The translations under genes were made by a program, and so were the position numbers. From a virus, in IMG/VR virus record IMGVR_UViG_3300027969_000045: DNA of 64,000 nucleotides; one strand, given 5' to 3'. Position 1 is the first letter of the stretch, and each line of letters begins with the position of its first letter. Below the pieces are notes generated by a model. It saw nothing but the letters and a program-made list of their open reading frames with translations, had not been told where the DNA came from and searched no databases. Positions 28,248 through 37,854 of the stretch are shown here, piece by piece.

Positions 28248-29959
28248 GTAACGGCATAAACGTAGTTAAGAGAGATGGGTCTATTGAAAGTTTAGACCTC
28301 AATAAACTTCATTTGATGGTTGAAGAGTCTTGTAAAGACCTTGCTGGAGTGTCTGCATCTCAAGTTGAGATGACTTCTGGAATTCAATTTTATGATGGAA
28401 TTTCAACAAGAGAAGTTCAAGAAATTTTGATCAAATCTGCAGCAGATTTGATTGATTTAGAAAATCCAAATTATCAGTTTGTGGCAGCAAGACTTCTTTT
28501 GTTCTCTGTTCGTAAATCACTTTACGGAAAAATTAAAGATCATCCTACATTCTTTGAACATATTAATAAATGTGTAGATGCAAGTGTTTATGATAAGGAA
28601 ATCTTATCATATTATACGGAAGAAGAACTAAATCGTCTTGGTGATTATATCAAACATAAACGGGATTATCTCTTCACCTATGCCGGTCTTCGTCAAGTTG
28701 TTGATAAATATCTTGTTCAAGATAGAAGCACCGGACAAGTATATGAAACTCCACAGTTCATGTATATGATGATTGCTGCAACAAAATTCTCCCAATATCC
28801 AAAAGAAACTCGTCTTTCATATGTAAAGAGGTACTATGACGCAATATCAAAACACAAAATCAACATCCCAACACCAATTATGGGAGGAGTTAGAACTCCT
28901 TTACGACAATTTGCAAGTTGTGTTCTTGTTGATTCTGATGATACCCTCGATAGCATCGGTCACTCTGATTTGGCTATTTACAAGTACGTTGCTCAAAGGG
29001 CTGGCATCGGTATCAATGCGGGCAGAATACGTGGTATCAATTCTAAAATCAGAGGCGGAGAAGTACAACACACAGGTGTTATTCCCTTCCTTAAAAAGTT
29101 TGAAGCAACTGTCAGAAGTTGCACTCAAAACGGTATCAGAGGTGGTTCAGCAACTGTTCACTTTCCAATCTGGCACCAAGAAATAGAAGACATTATTGTT
29201 CTGAAAAATAATAAGGGAACTGAAGATAATCGTGTTCGTAAGTTAGACTATTCTATTCAAATCAGCAAAATCTTCTATGAACGATTTATCCGCAACGAAG
29301 AAATCACACTCTTCTCTCCCCACGATGTTCCTGGTCTTTATGATGCTTTTGGCACTGATGGATTTGACGACCTTTATGTGGGTTATGAACGAAATGAATC
29401 TATTCCAAGAAAAACTATCGGTGCTCAAGAACTCTTTCTGGACCTTCTAAAAGAACGTGCAGAAACAGGTCGTATTTATATTATGAATATTGACCATTGT
29501 AATTCTCATAGTTCTTTTCTTGATAAGGTTTCAATGAGTAACCTTTGTGTTGCTGGTGATACAAAGATTAAAATCAAATACCCAAAAGCAATATATGATG
29601 ATATTGGAGAGATTTATGATTGGAAAGTTTATGAAGAAGAAATTGAGATTGGAGATCTGGATGAATATATTAGTTCCAGAGAAATTAGAGTTATGTCTTA
29701 TAAAGTAAGTGATAATGATCCTTGTGAGGATGTTCCTCAAATAGAAGTTCTTTCTTATAATACAGAAACTAATCAACAAGAATGGGCACCTATTACAGCA
29801 TTTGCCGAAACATCACCAAAAGCAAAGGTAATGAGAATTACTGATGAAGAAAGTGGTAAGAGTATTGTAGTGACACCAGAGCATAAAGTATTCACAAAAA
29901 ATCGTGGATATGTAATGGCAAAAGACCTAACCGAAACTGATGAGTTGGCAATCAACTAA
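28244..29959 (+). CDS. nrdA: Class Ia ribonucleotide reductase alpha, N-terminal part, fused to a 137-aa split-intein N fragment
   Basis: ATP cone VVKRDG, PTPIM, ASCVL, QNGIRGGS, MSNL then CVAGDT (29546) and block B VTPEHKVFT. Confidence 0.95.
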   Translation: MSNGINVVKRDGSIESLDLNKLHLMVEESCKDLAGVSASQVEMTSGIQFYDGISTREVQEILIKSAADLIDLENPNYQFVAARLLLFSVRKSLYGKIKDHPTFFEHINKCVDASVYDKEILSYYTEEELNRLGDYIKHKRDYLFTYAGLRQVVDKYLVQDRSTGQVYETPQFMYMMIAATKFSQYPKETRLSYVKRYYDAISKHKINIPTPIMGGVRTPLRQFASCVLVDSDDTLDSIGHSDLAIYKYVAQRAGIGINAGRIRGINSKIRGGEVQHTGVIPFLKKFEATVRSCTQNGIRGGSATVHFPIWHQEIEDIIVLKNNKGTEDNRVRKLDYSIQISKIFYERFIRNEEITLFSPHDVPGLYDAFGTDGFDDLYVGYERNESIPRKTIGAQELFLDLLKERAETGRIYIMNIDHCNSHSSFLDKVSMSNLCVAGDTKIKIKYPKAIYDDIGEIYDWKVYEEEIEIGDLDEYISSREIRVMSYKVSDNDPCEDVPQIEVLSYNTETNQQEWAPITAFAETSPKAKVMRITDEESGKSIVVTPEHKVFTKNRGYVMAKDLTETDELAIN

Positions 29960-29963
29960 TATG

Positions 29964-30017
29964 ATAGGAAGTGTAATTTCTATATTTTATAAATAGTTAT
30001 GAGATTACACTTCCTAT
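29964..30017 (+). promoter_or_regulatory. 17-bp hairpin with late promoter in loop, masking the endonuclease translation start region
   Basis: ATAGGAAGTGTAATTTC / GAGATTACACTTCCTAT; TATAAATA 29988-29995; ATG 30019. Confidence 0.8.
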
Positions 30018-30018
30018 A

Positions 30019-30693
30019 ATGAAAACATATATTGTTTATAAAATTACCAATAAGAATAACGGAAAATCTTACATAGGAAAAACTGAATACTCATTAGAAC
30101 ATCGTTGGAATCGTCATTTATCATCGGCAAGAAATGGTTCTAAATTTAGATTTCATTCTGCTATTAGAAAATATGGTGAAGATTGTTGGGACTTATCTGT
30201 GATTGAAACCTATCTGACCGAAGATGAAAACTTTATTAACGAAAAAGAAACTCACTTTATTAAACTCTTTGAAAGTGATACTAAAAAAGGTTATAATGCT
30301 ACTTCAGGTGGAACTGGTGGATGGATGCTTCCCAAATGCTCTCCGGAGGTTCAGGAAGAATGGAGAAACAATATTTCTATAAGAACTACTGGTTCCAACA
30401 ATCCAAACCATTCTGGATATACTGATGAGCAACTTATAGAAATAGGTGTAAAGTTTGTTAAAAAATTTGGATTTATTGGTGGTAGAACGAGAATAGTTGA
30501 TTTTGCCAGTAATGAATTGAATATAAAGTTTCCAAAACATTTTTCTAAAAATAGATTTGGAGGAAACCATCAAAACTTTTATAAATCTATTGAAGAACAG
30601 ACTGGATTGGTGTATAATTCATATTATAGAGACGAAACTCAAAGAACACTTGCTAAACAACTTTTAGAACAAAACAGGAGAAAAAAATGCTAA
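30019..30693 (+). CDS. GIY-YIG homing endonuclease between the nrdA halves
   Basis: IVYKITNKNNGKSYIGKT..RWNRH..KYG..E..GYN. Confidence 0.9.
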   Translation: MKTYIVYKITNKNNGKSYIGKTEYSLEHRWNRHLSSARNGSKFRFHSAIRKYGEDCWDLSVIETYLTEDENFINEKETHFIKLFESDTKKGYNATSGGTGGWMLPKCSPEVQEEWRNNISIRTTGSNNPNHSGYTDEQLIEIGVKFVKKFGFIGGRTRIVDFASNELNIKFPKHFSKNRFGGNHQNFYKSIEEQTGLVYNSYYRDETQRTLAKQLLEQNRRKKC

Positions 30694-31781
30694 AGATTGA
30701 ATATCTTGAAGAAGAAATTCCAGTTTATGATATTACTGTAGAAGGAACACACAATTTCTTTGCAAATAATATTCTGGTCCATAATTGCCAAGAGATTACA
30801 CTTCCCACCAAACCTCTTCAACATATTGATGATCCAGATGGAGAGATTGCTCTCTGTATTCTTTCTGCAATCAATGTGGGTAAAGTTAAGGATGATAGTG
30901 AATTTGAAGAACTTTGTGATTTGGCTGTTCGTGGGTTGGAAGAACTCATTGATTATCAGCAATATCCAATAGTTGCTGCTGAAAAATCAACAAAAGCACG
31001 TAGATCTCTTGGTGTTGGATTTATTGGTTTGGCACATTATCTTGCTAAACTTGGTTTTGATTATGATTCTCAAGAAGCATGGGATGCAGTTCATAGTCTT
31101 TCTGAATCATTCCAATATTTCTTACTCAAATCTTCTAATCAGATTGCCAAAGAAAAAGGTGCTTGTGAATATTTCAATCGCACAAAGTATTCCCAAGGAA
31201 TTCTTCCAATTGATACATACAAAAAGGATGTTGATGAACTGTCAAATCCAACTCTTCAACACGATTGGGAAACACTTAGAGAAGATATAAAACTGTATGG
31301 TCTTAGACACTCCACACTATCCGCACAGATGCCCTCTGAGAGCAGTTCAGTCGTCTCTAATGCAACTAATGGAATTGAACCCCCTAGAGGTTATTTGTCC
31401 GTCAAACAGTCTAAAAAAGGTCCTCTCAAGCAAATTGTTCCACAGTTTCAAAGTCTTAAAAACAATTATACGCTTCTTTGGGATATGCCTAGCAATCGTG
31501 GTTATATTAATATTGTTGCAGTTATGCAAAAATTCTTTGATCAAGCGATTTCTGGAAACTGGTCATATAATCCGGAGAATTATCCCGATAATGAAGTTCC
31601 TGTTAGCGTAATGGCACAAGATATGCTCACTTGCTTTAAGTATGGGCACAAAACAGCATATTATCAGAATACTTATGATGGTAAGTCCGATGAAATCAAA
31701 GAAGAAAAATCCAACCTTGACAGTTTAGTGCAGGACATACTAAACTCTAATGAAGATGACTGTGAGAGTTGTAAAATTTGA
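30687..31781 (+). CDS. nrdA: Split-intein C fragment (33 aa) fused to the NrdA C-terminal part
   Basis: VYDITVEGTHNFFANNILVHN then CQEITL, LCILSA, MPSESSS, KTAYYQ, C-terminal CESC. Confidence 0.95.
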   Translation: MLKIEYLEEEIPVYDITVEGTHNFFANNILVHNCQEITLPTKPLQHIDDPDGEIALCILSAINVGKVKDDSEFEELCDLAVRGLEELIDYQQYPIVAAEKSTKARRSLGVGFIGLAHYLAKLGFDYDSQEAWDAVHSLSESFQYFLLKSSNQIAKEKGACEYFNRTKYSQGILPIDTYKKDVDELSNPTLQHDWETLREDIKLYGLRHSTLSAQMPSESSSVVSNATNGIEPPRGYLSVKQSKKGPLKQIVPQFQSLKNNYTLLWDMPSNRGYINIVAVMQKFFDQAISGNWSYNPENYPDNEVPVSVMAQDMLTCFKYGHKTAYYQNTYDGKSDEIKEEKSNLDSLVQDILNSNEDDCESCKI

Positions 31782-32941
31782 TTATGGAAGAAACTAAAAC
31801 AATACAAGGTATGACTGTTCTTAATACCCAACAAGTAGATTTCAAAAAACAACCAATGTTTTTTGGAGCACCTCAAGGAATTCAAAGATACGATTCTTAT
31901 AAGTATCCTGTCTTTGATAAACTCACACAGCAGCAACTTGGTTTCTTCTGGAGACCAGAAGAAATCTCTCTTCAAAAAGATCGTTCTGACTATCTGACAC
32001 TGCGACCTGAACAAAGGCATATGTATACTTCAAATTTGAAGTATCAGATTATGCTTGATAGTGTTCAGGGTCGTGCTCCTGGTATGGCATTTATTCCATA
32101 TTGCTCTCTTCCTGAACTGGAAGCTTGTATGACAGTCTGGGGTTTTATGGAGATGATTCACTCTAGATCTTATACTTATATTATTAAAAATATCTATTCT
32201 GATCCATCAGAAGTATTTGATACTATTTTAAATAATGATAAGATTTTAGAAAGAGCATCTTCTGTTACCGGAACTTATGATGATTTCATCAATTCCGCAC
32301 AACAATATGGATCTTCAAATCTATGGATTCACGCGCAAGAAGGTGCTGGTGGTGCAAGAGAGGAAAGATTAGAACTCAAAAGAAAACTTTATCGTGCGGT
32401 CGCAAATGTCAACATTCTCGAAGGTATCAGATTTTATGTCTCATTCGCTTGCTCGTTTGCGTTTGGTGAACTCAAACTTATGGAAGGATCCGCTAAAATT
32501 ATCTCTCTCATCGCAAGAGACGAAAATCAGCACCTTGTCATTACTCAAAACATCCTCAATAAGTGGCGTGAAGGAGATGATCCTGAAATGCAACAAATTG
32601 CTGGAGAAGAAGAAGGGTGGGTAAGAAATGCGTTTAAGATTTGCGTAAATGAAGAAAAGAGATGGGCAGAATATCTCTTCAAAGATGGTTCTATGATTGG
32701 TTTGAATGATAAACTACTTTGGAACTATGTTGAATGGATTGCGAATCGTCGTATGAAGGCAATTGGTCTTAAACCAGAATATGATATTCCGGCAAAGAAC
32801 AATCCACTTCCTTGGACAGACCACTGGTTAAACAGTAAATCAGTTCAAGTCGCACCCCAAGAAACAGAAATTTCTAGTTATGTGGTAGGTGGTATTAAAC
32901 AAGACATTAAAAACGATACATTCTCTGGATTTCAGTTGTGA
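31778..32941 (+). CDS. nrdB: Ribonucleotide reductase beta subunit
   Basis: FFWRPEE, LDSVQ, EMIHSRSY, LEGIRFY, RDENQH, APQETE..SY. Confidence 0.96.
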   Translation: MIMEETKTIQGMTVLNTQQVDFKKQPMFFGAPQGIQRYDSYKYPVFDKLTQQQLGFFWRPEEISLQKDRSDYLTLRPEQRHMYTSNLKYQIMLDSVQGRAPGMAFIPYCSLPELEACMTVWGFMEMIHSRSYTYIIKNIYSDPSEVFDTILNNDKILERASSVTGTYDDFINSAQQYGSSNLWIHAQEGAGGAREERLELKRKLYRAVANVNILEGIRFYVSFACSFAFGELKLMEGSAKIISLIARDENQHLVITQNILNKWREGDDPEMQQIAGEEEGWVRNAFKICVNEEKRWAEYLFKDGSMIGLNDKLLWNYVEWIANRRMKAIGLKPEYDIPAKNNPLPWTDHWLNSKSVQVAPQETEISSYVVGGIKQDIKNDTFSGFQL

Positions 32942-32944
32942 CGC

Positions 32945-32976
32945 AAGAGGGGTTTTGCCCCTCTTTTTTATAAATA
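32945..32976 (+). terminator. Terminator overlapping a late promoter
   Basis: AAGAGGGG-ttttg-CCCCTCTT with T run, then TATAAATA. Confidence 0.75.
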
Positions 32977-32999
32977 ACTAAAAAGTATTTCTTATTCAT

Positions 33000-34511
33000 A
33001 TGTCTGGAACTTATAAGTCTAAAGAAATTTACAGTGAAGGAGTATTGAGAGGGTCTCAAAGTCAAATTAAAAAATCTAGTGGAGCATCAGCATTAACACC
33101 AGATGCGGCAGCACAACTTGGACCCAAAGCAGTAGAATTACAAAGAAAAAAAGCAAAACAAGTAGATGTTCCTAATTTTGTGAAGACTGTAAAAAAAGAA
33201 GAATTTGAAGTAAATGAAAAGATTGATGTAGGTGCTGATGCTGGTGCGACAATCAGTGATTTCGTTCATTCAAAGAGTGCTACATTCAAAGGTGATAGTA
33301 AGAAGCAAAGAATTAAGAGAGCACTTGGTGCCTATTACGCAGCACAAAAAGAAGAAACAGAAAACATTTATAATTATGTAATTGGAACTTTGGTTGATAG
33401 CGAATTCGCAGAAGATTATGAGACTGCTGAAAATATGTTTGAACATATGAGTAGTGAATTTGTAGCAGTCATTCTTGAAGAGTATATTGAAGAAAAGGCA
33501 AGAGGAACCAGACCAAAAAGAACAGTTCACGCATATGATGTTGACGAGACTTTGGTTGGACACGGTAAGAAAGGAAAAACAAACGTGAAAGTTCACGTAA
33601 ATGATGCATCCGGTAAAAGAGTTAAGAGTTTAAGCAATCAAGAATTCAATACTCATAAACTTGATAAGGGACATTCTTATGATTTTAGTGAATTCAGAAG
33701 TGCTAAAAAGTTTGGAGAAACTTCAAGCGCAAACAAAAAAGTAATTAAAGATGTAAAAAGAAAGCAGGCAAGAGGACAAAATGTTCATATCATCACTGCT
33801 CGTGCGAAGTTTGATAATCCATCAGAGTTTCAAGGACATTTGAAGAAGAAAGGTGTTGATGTTCCTTTGAATAAAATTCATTATACTGGTGGAATGAAAG
33901 GTAGTGATATTGGAAAGAAAAAAGTAGATGTAGCAAAGGGGGTTGCAAAGCAGAGTGGTGCCAAGAAGATCCACATGTATGATGATGCCGCAAAGGTTCA
34001 TAAGGCATTTGAGGGGGAAAAGAAAAATCAACCAACTTCCACAAAAATTAAAACTCATTTGGCAAAACCAAATGCATCTGGCGAAACACAACTTCGTTCT
34101 TATCAAGGAACAAAAGGTGGAAGAACTAGCGATAATCCTTCATCAACTACTAAACAAACACAACGCAGAAGACAAAGGGCAAGAAGAGGTATGAGTGAAG
34201 AGATGTCTTCTTATCTAAATATAGAAGAAGGAAAAGTCAAAGGAGAAATTATGTCACATTCCTACCAAGAAACCAAAGAAGATTTTGATCTTAGAGATAA
34301 ACTCTTTATCAATTTCTCTGGAACTTCAAAAGCAAAAAATGAATTAAAAGAAGAAACTGAAATGACTCCATACGAACAATGGAAGTCTTTTGTTAAAGAA
34401 AATGAAGTTGAAGAAATTCAAGAGTCTGTTGAAATTGAAACAGAACTAAACGAAGAGTTAGTACCTATGAATTCCTATCAAGCTTGGAAATCATATCTAG
34501 AATCAATTTGA
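33000..34511 (+). CDS. Modular late protein with an embedded HAD-superfamily phosphatase domain
   Basis: YDVDETL (motif I), IITAR (II), K, MYDD (IV); flanked by acidic helical modules and xxE junctions. Confidence 0.65.
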   Translation: MSGTYKSKEIYSEGVLRGSQSQIKKSSGASALTPDAAAQLGPKAVELQRKKAKQVDVPNFVKTVKKEEFEVNEKIDVGADAGATISDFVHSKSATFKGDSKKQRIKRALGAYYAAQKEETENIYNYVIGTLVDSEFAEDYETAENMFEHMSSEFVAVILEEYIEEKARGTRPKRTVHAYDVDETLVGHGKKGKTNVKVHVNDASGKRVKSLSNQEFNTHKLDKGHSYDFSEFRSAKKFGETSSANKKVIKDVKRKQARGQNVHIITARAKFDNPSEFQGHLKKKGVDVPLNKIHYTGGMKGSDIGKKKVDVAKGVAKQSGAKKIHMYDDAAKVHKAFEGEKKNQPTSTKIKTHLAKPNASGETQLRSYQGTKGGRTSDNPSSTTKQTQRRRQRARRGMSEEMSSYLNIEEGKVKGEIMSHSYQETKEDFDLRDKLFINFSGTSKAKNELKEETEMTPYEQWKSFVKENEVEEIQESVEIETELNEELVPMNSYQAWKSYLESI

Positions 34512-34517
34512 GATTGA

Positions 34518-34557
34518 TAAAGGTCTTTCTAGTCCTAGAAAGACCTTTTATTTTTTT
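34518..34557 (+). terminator. Rho-independent terminator
   Basis: AAAGGTCTTTCTAG / CTAGAAAGACCTTT with T run. Confidence 0.8.
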
Positions 34558-34607
34558 ATAATAAATAAATAACTAAATAATAATAAGAAAAAGTATTTTT
34601 CAGTCAT

Positions 34608-36014
34608 ATGGAAACTTGGAACACTGTCAAAACTCTTAAAGATATCGCAGGGGCATATCAATCAATCTACGAAGCAAAGAAGCAAGTAGATCAGGATGAA
34701 GATGGTGATAATGATTTTGCCGATAATATGATTGCGAGAATGGTTGCTTCTGGTATGTCTAGAGAAGAAGCAATTAAAAAAGTAAAGAATAAGGAATACA
34801 ATAAAGAAGAGTATTCCTTGGACGAGGAAACCAAAGCAGAAAAAGAAGCAAGAATAGCAGCAAGACGAGCAAGGGTTAAGCAAATGGAAGATGAAGGTGC
34901 AGTAATGACATCTTCTCGTAGAGCAAGTGAAGTAGCAAAGCAAAGAAAAGAAGCCAAGAAAGCGGAGGCACTTGAAAGAGCAGGGTCATCTGTCCTCAAT
35001 CAAATGCGTGGAGCATCTGGAAGGGTCTCCGAGAGGCCTATGGGATCAGAAGCACCAAGGGCAAAGGAGAAGGCACCAGAAGCAACCAGAAGACTAAATC
35101 CGAACCTTAGAAAGGACAATCTTGGATCTGCTGCTGACCGAGTTCTCAAATCAATGAAAAAAGAAGAATTGGAACTTTGGGTAAATGAACTCATTGAAGA
35201 AGGTTATGACCTAAGTGAATATACTTGGGATGAGATGGCAGAGATTTATCTCGATGAAGCAACAAGAATGAGAAAAGAACTTGGAAAGGAAGGTGAGATT
35301 GCGACCCGTAAGGAGCTTGCATCACGTTCTAATGCCTACCAACGTTCTGGTAGTGTAGATAAGACCATTGCGGCGGCAGAGAGACGTGCAGACCGTCCTT
35401 ACATCAAACCAGTGCGTGATGAAAGTAAATCTGATTATAATAAGAGACTGCAGAAAAGTTCGGACACTATGTCAAAACTTGCAGCATCAAGAAGAGGTTC
35501 AGTAAGAGACAAACCCCGTGCTGGTCTAAGAGGTTATGATGCTGCTATAAAAGGTATTGTTAGTGATAAAGAACTACAAAATTCAAGACGTTCTGCTATG
35601 GCTGCAGGAACTCTAACTCCCAGAGAGAAAAAAATGCTCAACAGAGAAGCATATGAAACCTATGAGTTTGTAGCATCATACCTTTTAGAGAATAACTTTG
35701 CTGAATCCGTTGAAGATGCAAATGCAATTATCAACAATATGAGTGAGGGTTGGTTTGAAAGTATTATGGAAGAAAAGAAACCACTTCCTGTTGCTAAAAT
35801 GAAGAGAAAAGAAACAGAACTTCTTGGAAGTGATGAAGAACATTTTGCAACATTGAACACACCTATGGGTTCTCCTGAAAGAAAAAAAGCAATGAAAAAC
35901 CTTGACAGATTTGATAATATAAATACGGCAAGAAGAAGTGTAGCAACTAGAGGTGGCAAGAGACCATTACCAATGCCCGAAGTTGGTAGATATAGATCAA
36001 AAGACGAAGATTAA
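34608..36014 (+). CDS. Modular late protein alternating acidic and basic modules
   Basis: DQDEDGDNDFAD EF-hand-like motif; WVNELIEEGYDLSEYTWDEM and YLLENNFAESVEDANAIINNMSEGW modules; several late promoters upstream. Confidence 0.65.
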   Translation: METWNTVKTLKDIAGAYQSIYEAKKQVDQDEDGDNDFADNMIARMVASGMSREEAIKKVKNKEYNKEEYSLDEETKAEKEARIAARRARVKQMEDEGAVMTSSRRASEVAKQRKEAKKAEALERAGSSVLNQMRGASGRVSERPMGSEAPRAKEKAPEATRRLNPNLRKDNLGSAADRVLKSMKKEELELWVNELIEEGYDLSEYTWDEMAEIYLDEATRMRKELGKEGEIATRKELASRSNAYQRSGSVDKTIAAAERRADRPYIKPVRDESKSDYNKRLQKSSDTMSKLAASRRGSVRDKPRAGLRGYDAAIKGIVSDKELQNSRRSAMAAGTLTPREKKMLNREAYETYEFVASYLLENNFAESVEDANAIINNMSEGWFESIMEEKKPLPVAKMKRKETELLGSDEEHFATLNTPMGSPERKKAMKNLDRFDNINTARRSVATRGGKRPLPMPEVGRYRSKDED

Positions 36015-36034
36015 TATAATATTACAATTCATTA

Positions 36035-36071
36035 AGCACCTCTTGACAGGTGCTTTTTTTATGACTATAAT
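36035..36071 (+). promoter_or_regulatory. Terminator with embedded consensus sigma70 promoter
   Basis: AAGCACCT/AGGTGCTT with T run; TTGACA 36043, 17 bp, TATAAT 36066. Confidence 0.75.
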
Positions 36072-36132
36072 CACTCTGTTAGGGTTGAAGATAAGTTGTA
36101 TCTATATAACTTGAAGAATATTAAGAACCCGA

Positions 36133-36225
36133 ATGAGTTATGATAATCCTTGGTTATATCAAGGAAAGATTTTTGAGACAGAAGATATTGGAGAGCACTT
36201 TGGATTTATCACAATGTTCTACTAG
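36133..36225 (+). pseudogene. Truncated 5' remnant of a GIY-YIG-family gene
   Basis: MSYDNPWLYQGKIFETEDIGEHFGFI aligns with the N-terminus (W.Y....I....GFVY) of the antiparallel gene, then stops. Confidence 0.55.
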
Positions 36226-36621
36226 ACTATAAATTCTATCAATTTCTGTTGAAAAATATTTACCTTCTATATTTGTATTATAATAGTCTTCACTTATAAG
36301 TACATTACGATTGAATTGTTCATAAGTTTCATAATAACTCATAGATTTCTTATGAGGACATAGATACAATATTTCCTTTATGAACTTATCTTCACCAAGA
36401 TTTTTTATATCTACTTTAAGTTCATCGCAAGAGCTTAAATATTTTCTCCAATCACTTTCTTTCTTTTTTCTCCTTCCGGTTTTTCTATCTTTTTGACGAG
36501 TCCAAAAATGTTTCTTGCCAACATACTTTTTATTATTCGTGAGATTGGTAATTAAATATACAAACCCTTCCATTTCTTTTGGAATTTCAATTAAATCTTC
36601 TTCGTTATACTTCCACTCCAT
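36154..36621 (-). CDS. GIY-YIG family nuclease (short form)
   Basis: GFVYLITNLTNNKKYVGKK..ESDWRKYLSS..E..YYN; minus-strand TATAAATA 36646-36653. Confidence 0.8.
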   Translation of the reverse strand: MEWKYNEEDLIEIPKEMEGFVYLITNLTNNKKYVGKKHFWTRQKDRKTGRRKKKESDWRKYLSSCDELKVDIKNLGEDKFIKEILYLCPHKKSMSYYETYEQFNRNVLISEDYYNTNIEGKYFSTEIDRIYSLVEHCDKSKVLSNIFCLKNLSLI

Positions 36622-36765
36622 AAAAATATTTTCTTCCTTTAAAATTATTTATAGAAAATACTTCTGGTCTCTTAGAACACCAAAAGGATATGTTACTAAA
36701 TTAGTTGAGCCGTTCTAGAGTCGGTCCGACACATAAATACAATTATTAAAACTTCAGAGAATCAG

Positions 36766-37275
36766 ATGATCGGACCCAAAAAGAAACCACAAGATTTCGG
36801 ATTTAAGAAAGGAGATACTCATCTCATTGTTAATGATATTACAGAAAAAGTAAAAGCATATAATTTTGATGGAAAACTTCTTTGGGAACTTCCTGCATTA
36901 GCAAGAGGACAGGGGAGTGATTATGAGTTTAAATTTTCAAATACAGATACTCCTCCTGGTCTTTACAAAATTGGAACTATCTACAAGGATTATGAGAAAG
37001 ATTCCACGCCAGAATATTCTAGGGATGTGATGGCATTTGGGTGGTATAGTTTTGATTTGGTTGAACTTGAGAATCAGGAGGCAAAGAATGGCCGTGCTGG
37101 AATCATGATTCATGGTGGTGGTTCTGCCTGCGGGTGGCCAGGCGCCTGGGCAGCAATGCAGAAACTCTTCTCAACACATGGTTGTGTAAGAATGCATAAT
37201 CAACACCTTAAAGATAATCTTCTTCCTTTGACGAAAAAGGGGACAGTCTTTGTTTCTGTATTTCAAGAGGGATGA
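36766..37275 (+). CDS. L,D-transpeptidase (YkuD)-like protein
   Basis: DTPPGLY, IMIHGG..THGCVRM catalytic His/Cys motif; late promoter upstream. Confidence 0.8.
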   Translation: MIGPKKKPQDFGFKKGDTHLIVNDITEKVKAYNFDGKLLWELPALARGQGSDYEFKFSNTDTPPGLYKIGTIYKDYEKDSTPEYSRDVMAFGWYSFDLVELENQEAKNGRAGIMIHGGGSACGWPGAWAAMQKLFSTHGCVRMHNQHLKDNLLPLTKKGTVFVSVFQEG

Positions 37276-37754
37276 TTACTTCAATTCCACAACCAGGTAT
37301 TAAATTAATCAAAGAATTTGAAGGATGTCATCTTAAAGCATATCCGGATCCTCTGTCAGGTAAACTTCCAATCACTATAGGATGGGGGTCTACTCGCAGG
37401 AAGAATGGATCTCCATTTAAACTTGACGACACCATTACTCAAAAGGAAGCAGATGAATTATTGATTGCTCAATGCGAGAGTCAGTTCTTACCAGCACTTT
37501 CTAAAATCCCATATTGGAGAGAAATGAATGACAATCAACGCGGAGCACTACTATCCTTTGCTTACAATCTCGGTGCTGGATTTTACGGTGGAAGTGGGTT
37601 TAATAGCATCACTCTCAACCTTCGTGAGAAAAATTGGACGGCAATCCCAAAAACATTAGAACTCTATAGAAATCCTGGAAGTAATGTTGAGACGGGATTG
37701 CTCCGTAGAAGGATTGCTGAAGGGAAATTATGGAAAAAAATAATCATTCCTTAG
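37272..37754 (+). CDS. Lysozyme/endolysin (GH24)
   Basis: IKEFEG..AYPD..TIGWG, ALLSFAYNLG, GLLRRRIAE. Confidence 0.92.
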   Translation: MITSIPQPGIKLIKEFEGCHLKAYPDPLSGKLPITIGWGSTRRKNGSPFKLDDTITQKEADELLIAQCESQFLPALSKIPYWREMNDNQRGALLSFAYNLGAGFYGGSGFNSITLNLREKNWTAIPKTLELYRNPGSNVETGLLRRRIAEGKLWKKIIIP

Positions 37755-37854
37755 TCTCCAGATATGCCATTCGTAGTATGTAGTAAATACACCACATAGT
37801 AAAAATTAAACCTGCTCCAAGAATTATACATACTCCCCAGGGAAACTCATTCAT
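37744..37854 (-). CDS. Small membrane protein (36 aa, not in ORF track)
   Basis: MNEFPWGVCIILGAGLIFTMWCIYYILRMAYLETKE; last gene of a minus-strand trio. Confidence 0.55.
   Translation of the reverse strand: MNEFPWGVCIILGAGLIFTMWCIYYILRMAYLETKE

Noticed and set aside
29960-30686. Group I intron in nrdA
   Set aside because: Only 59 nt of non-coding sequence, which is a promoter hairpin; no room for a ribozyme core; split-intein termini are present.
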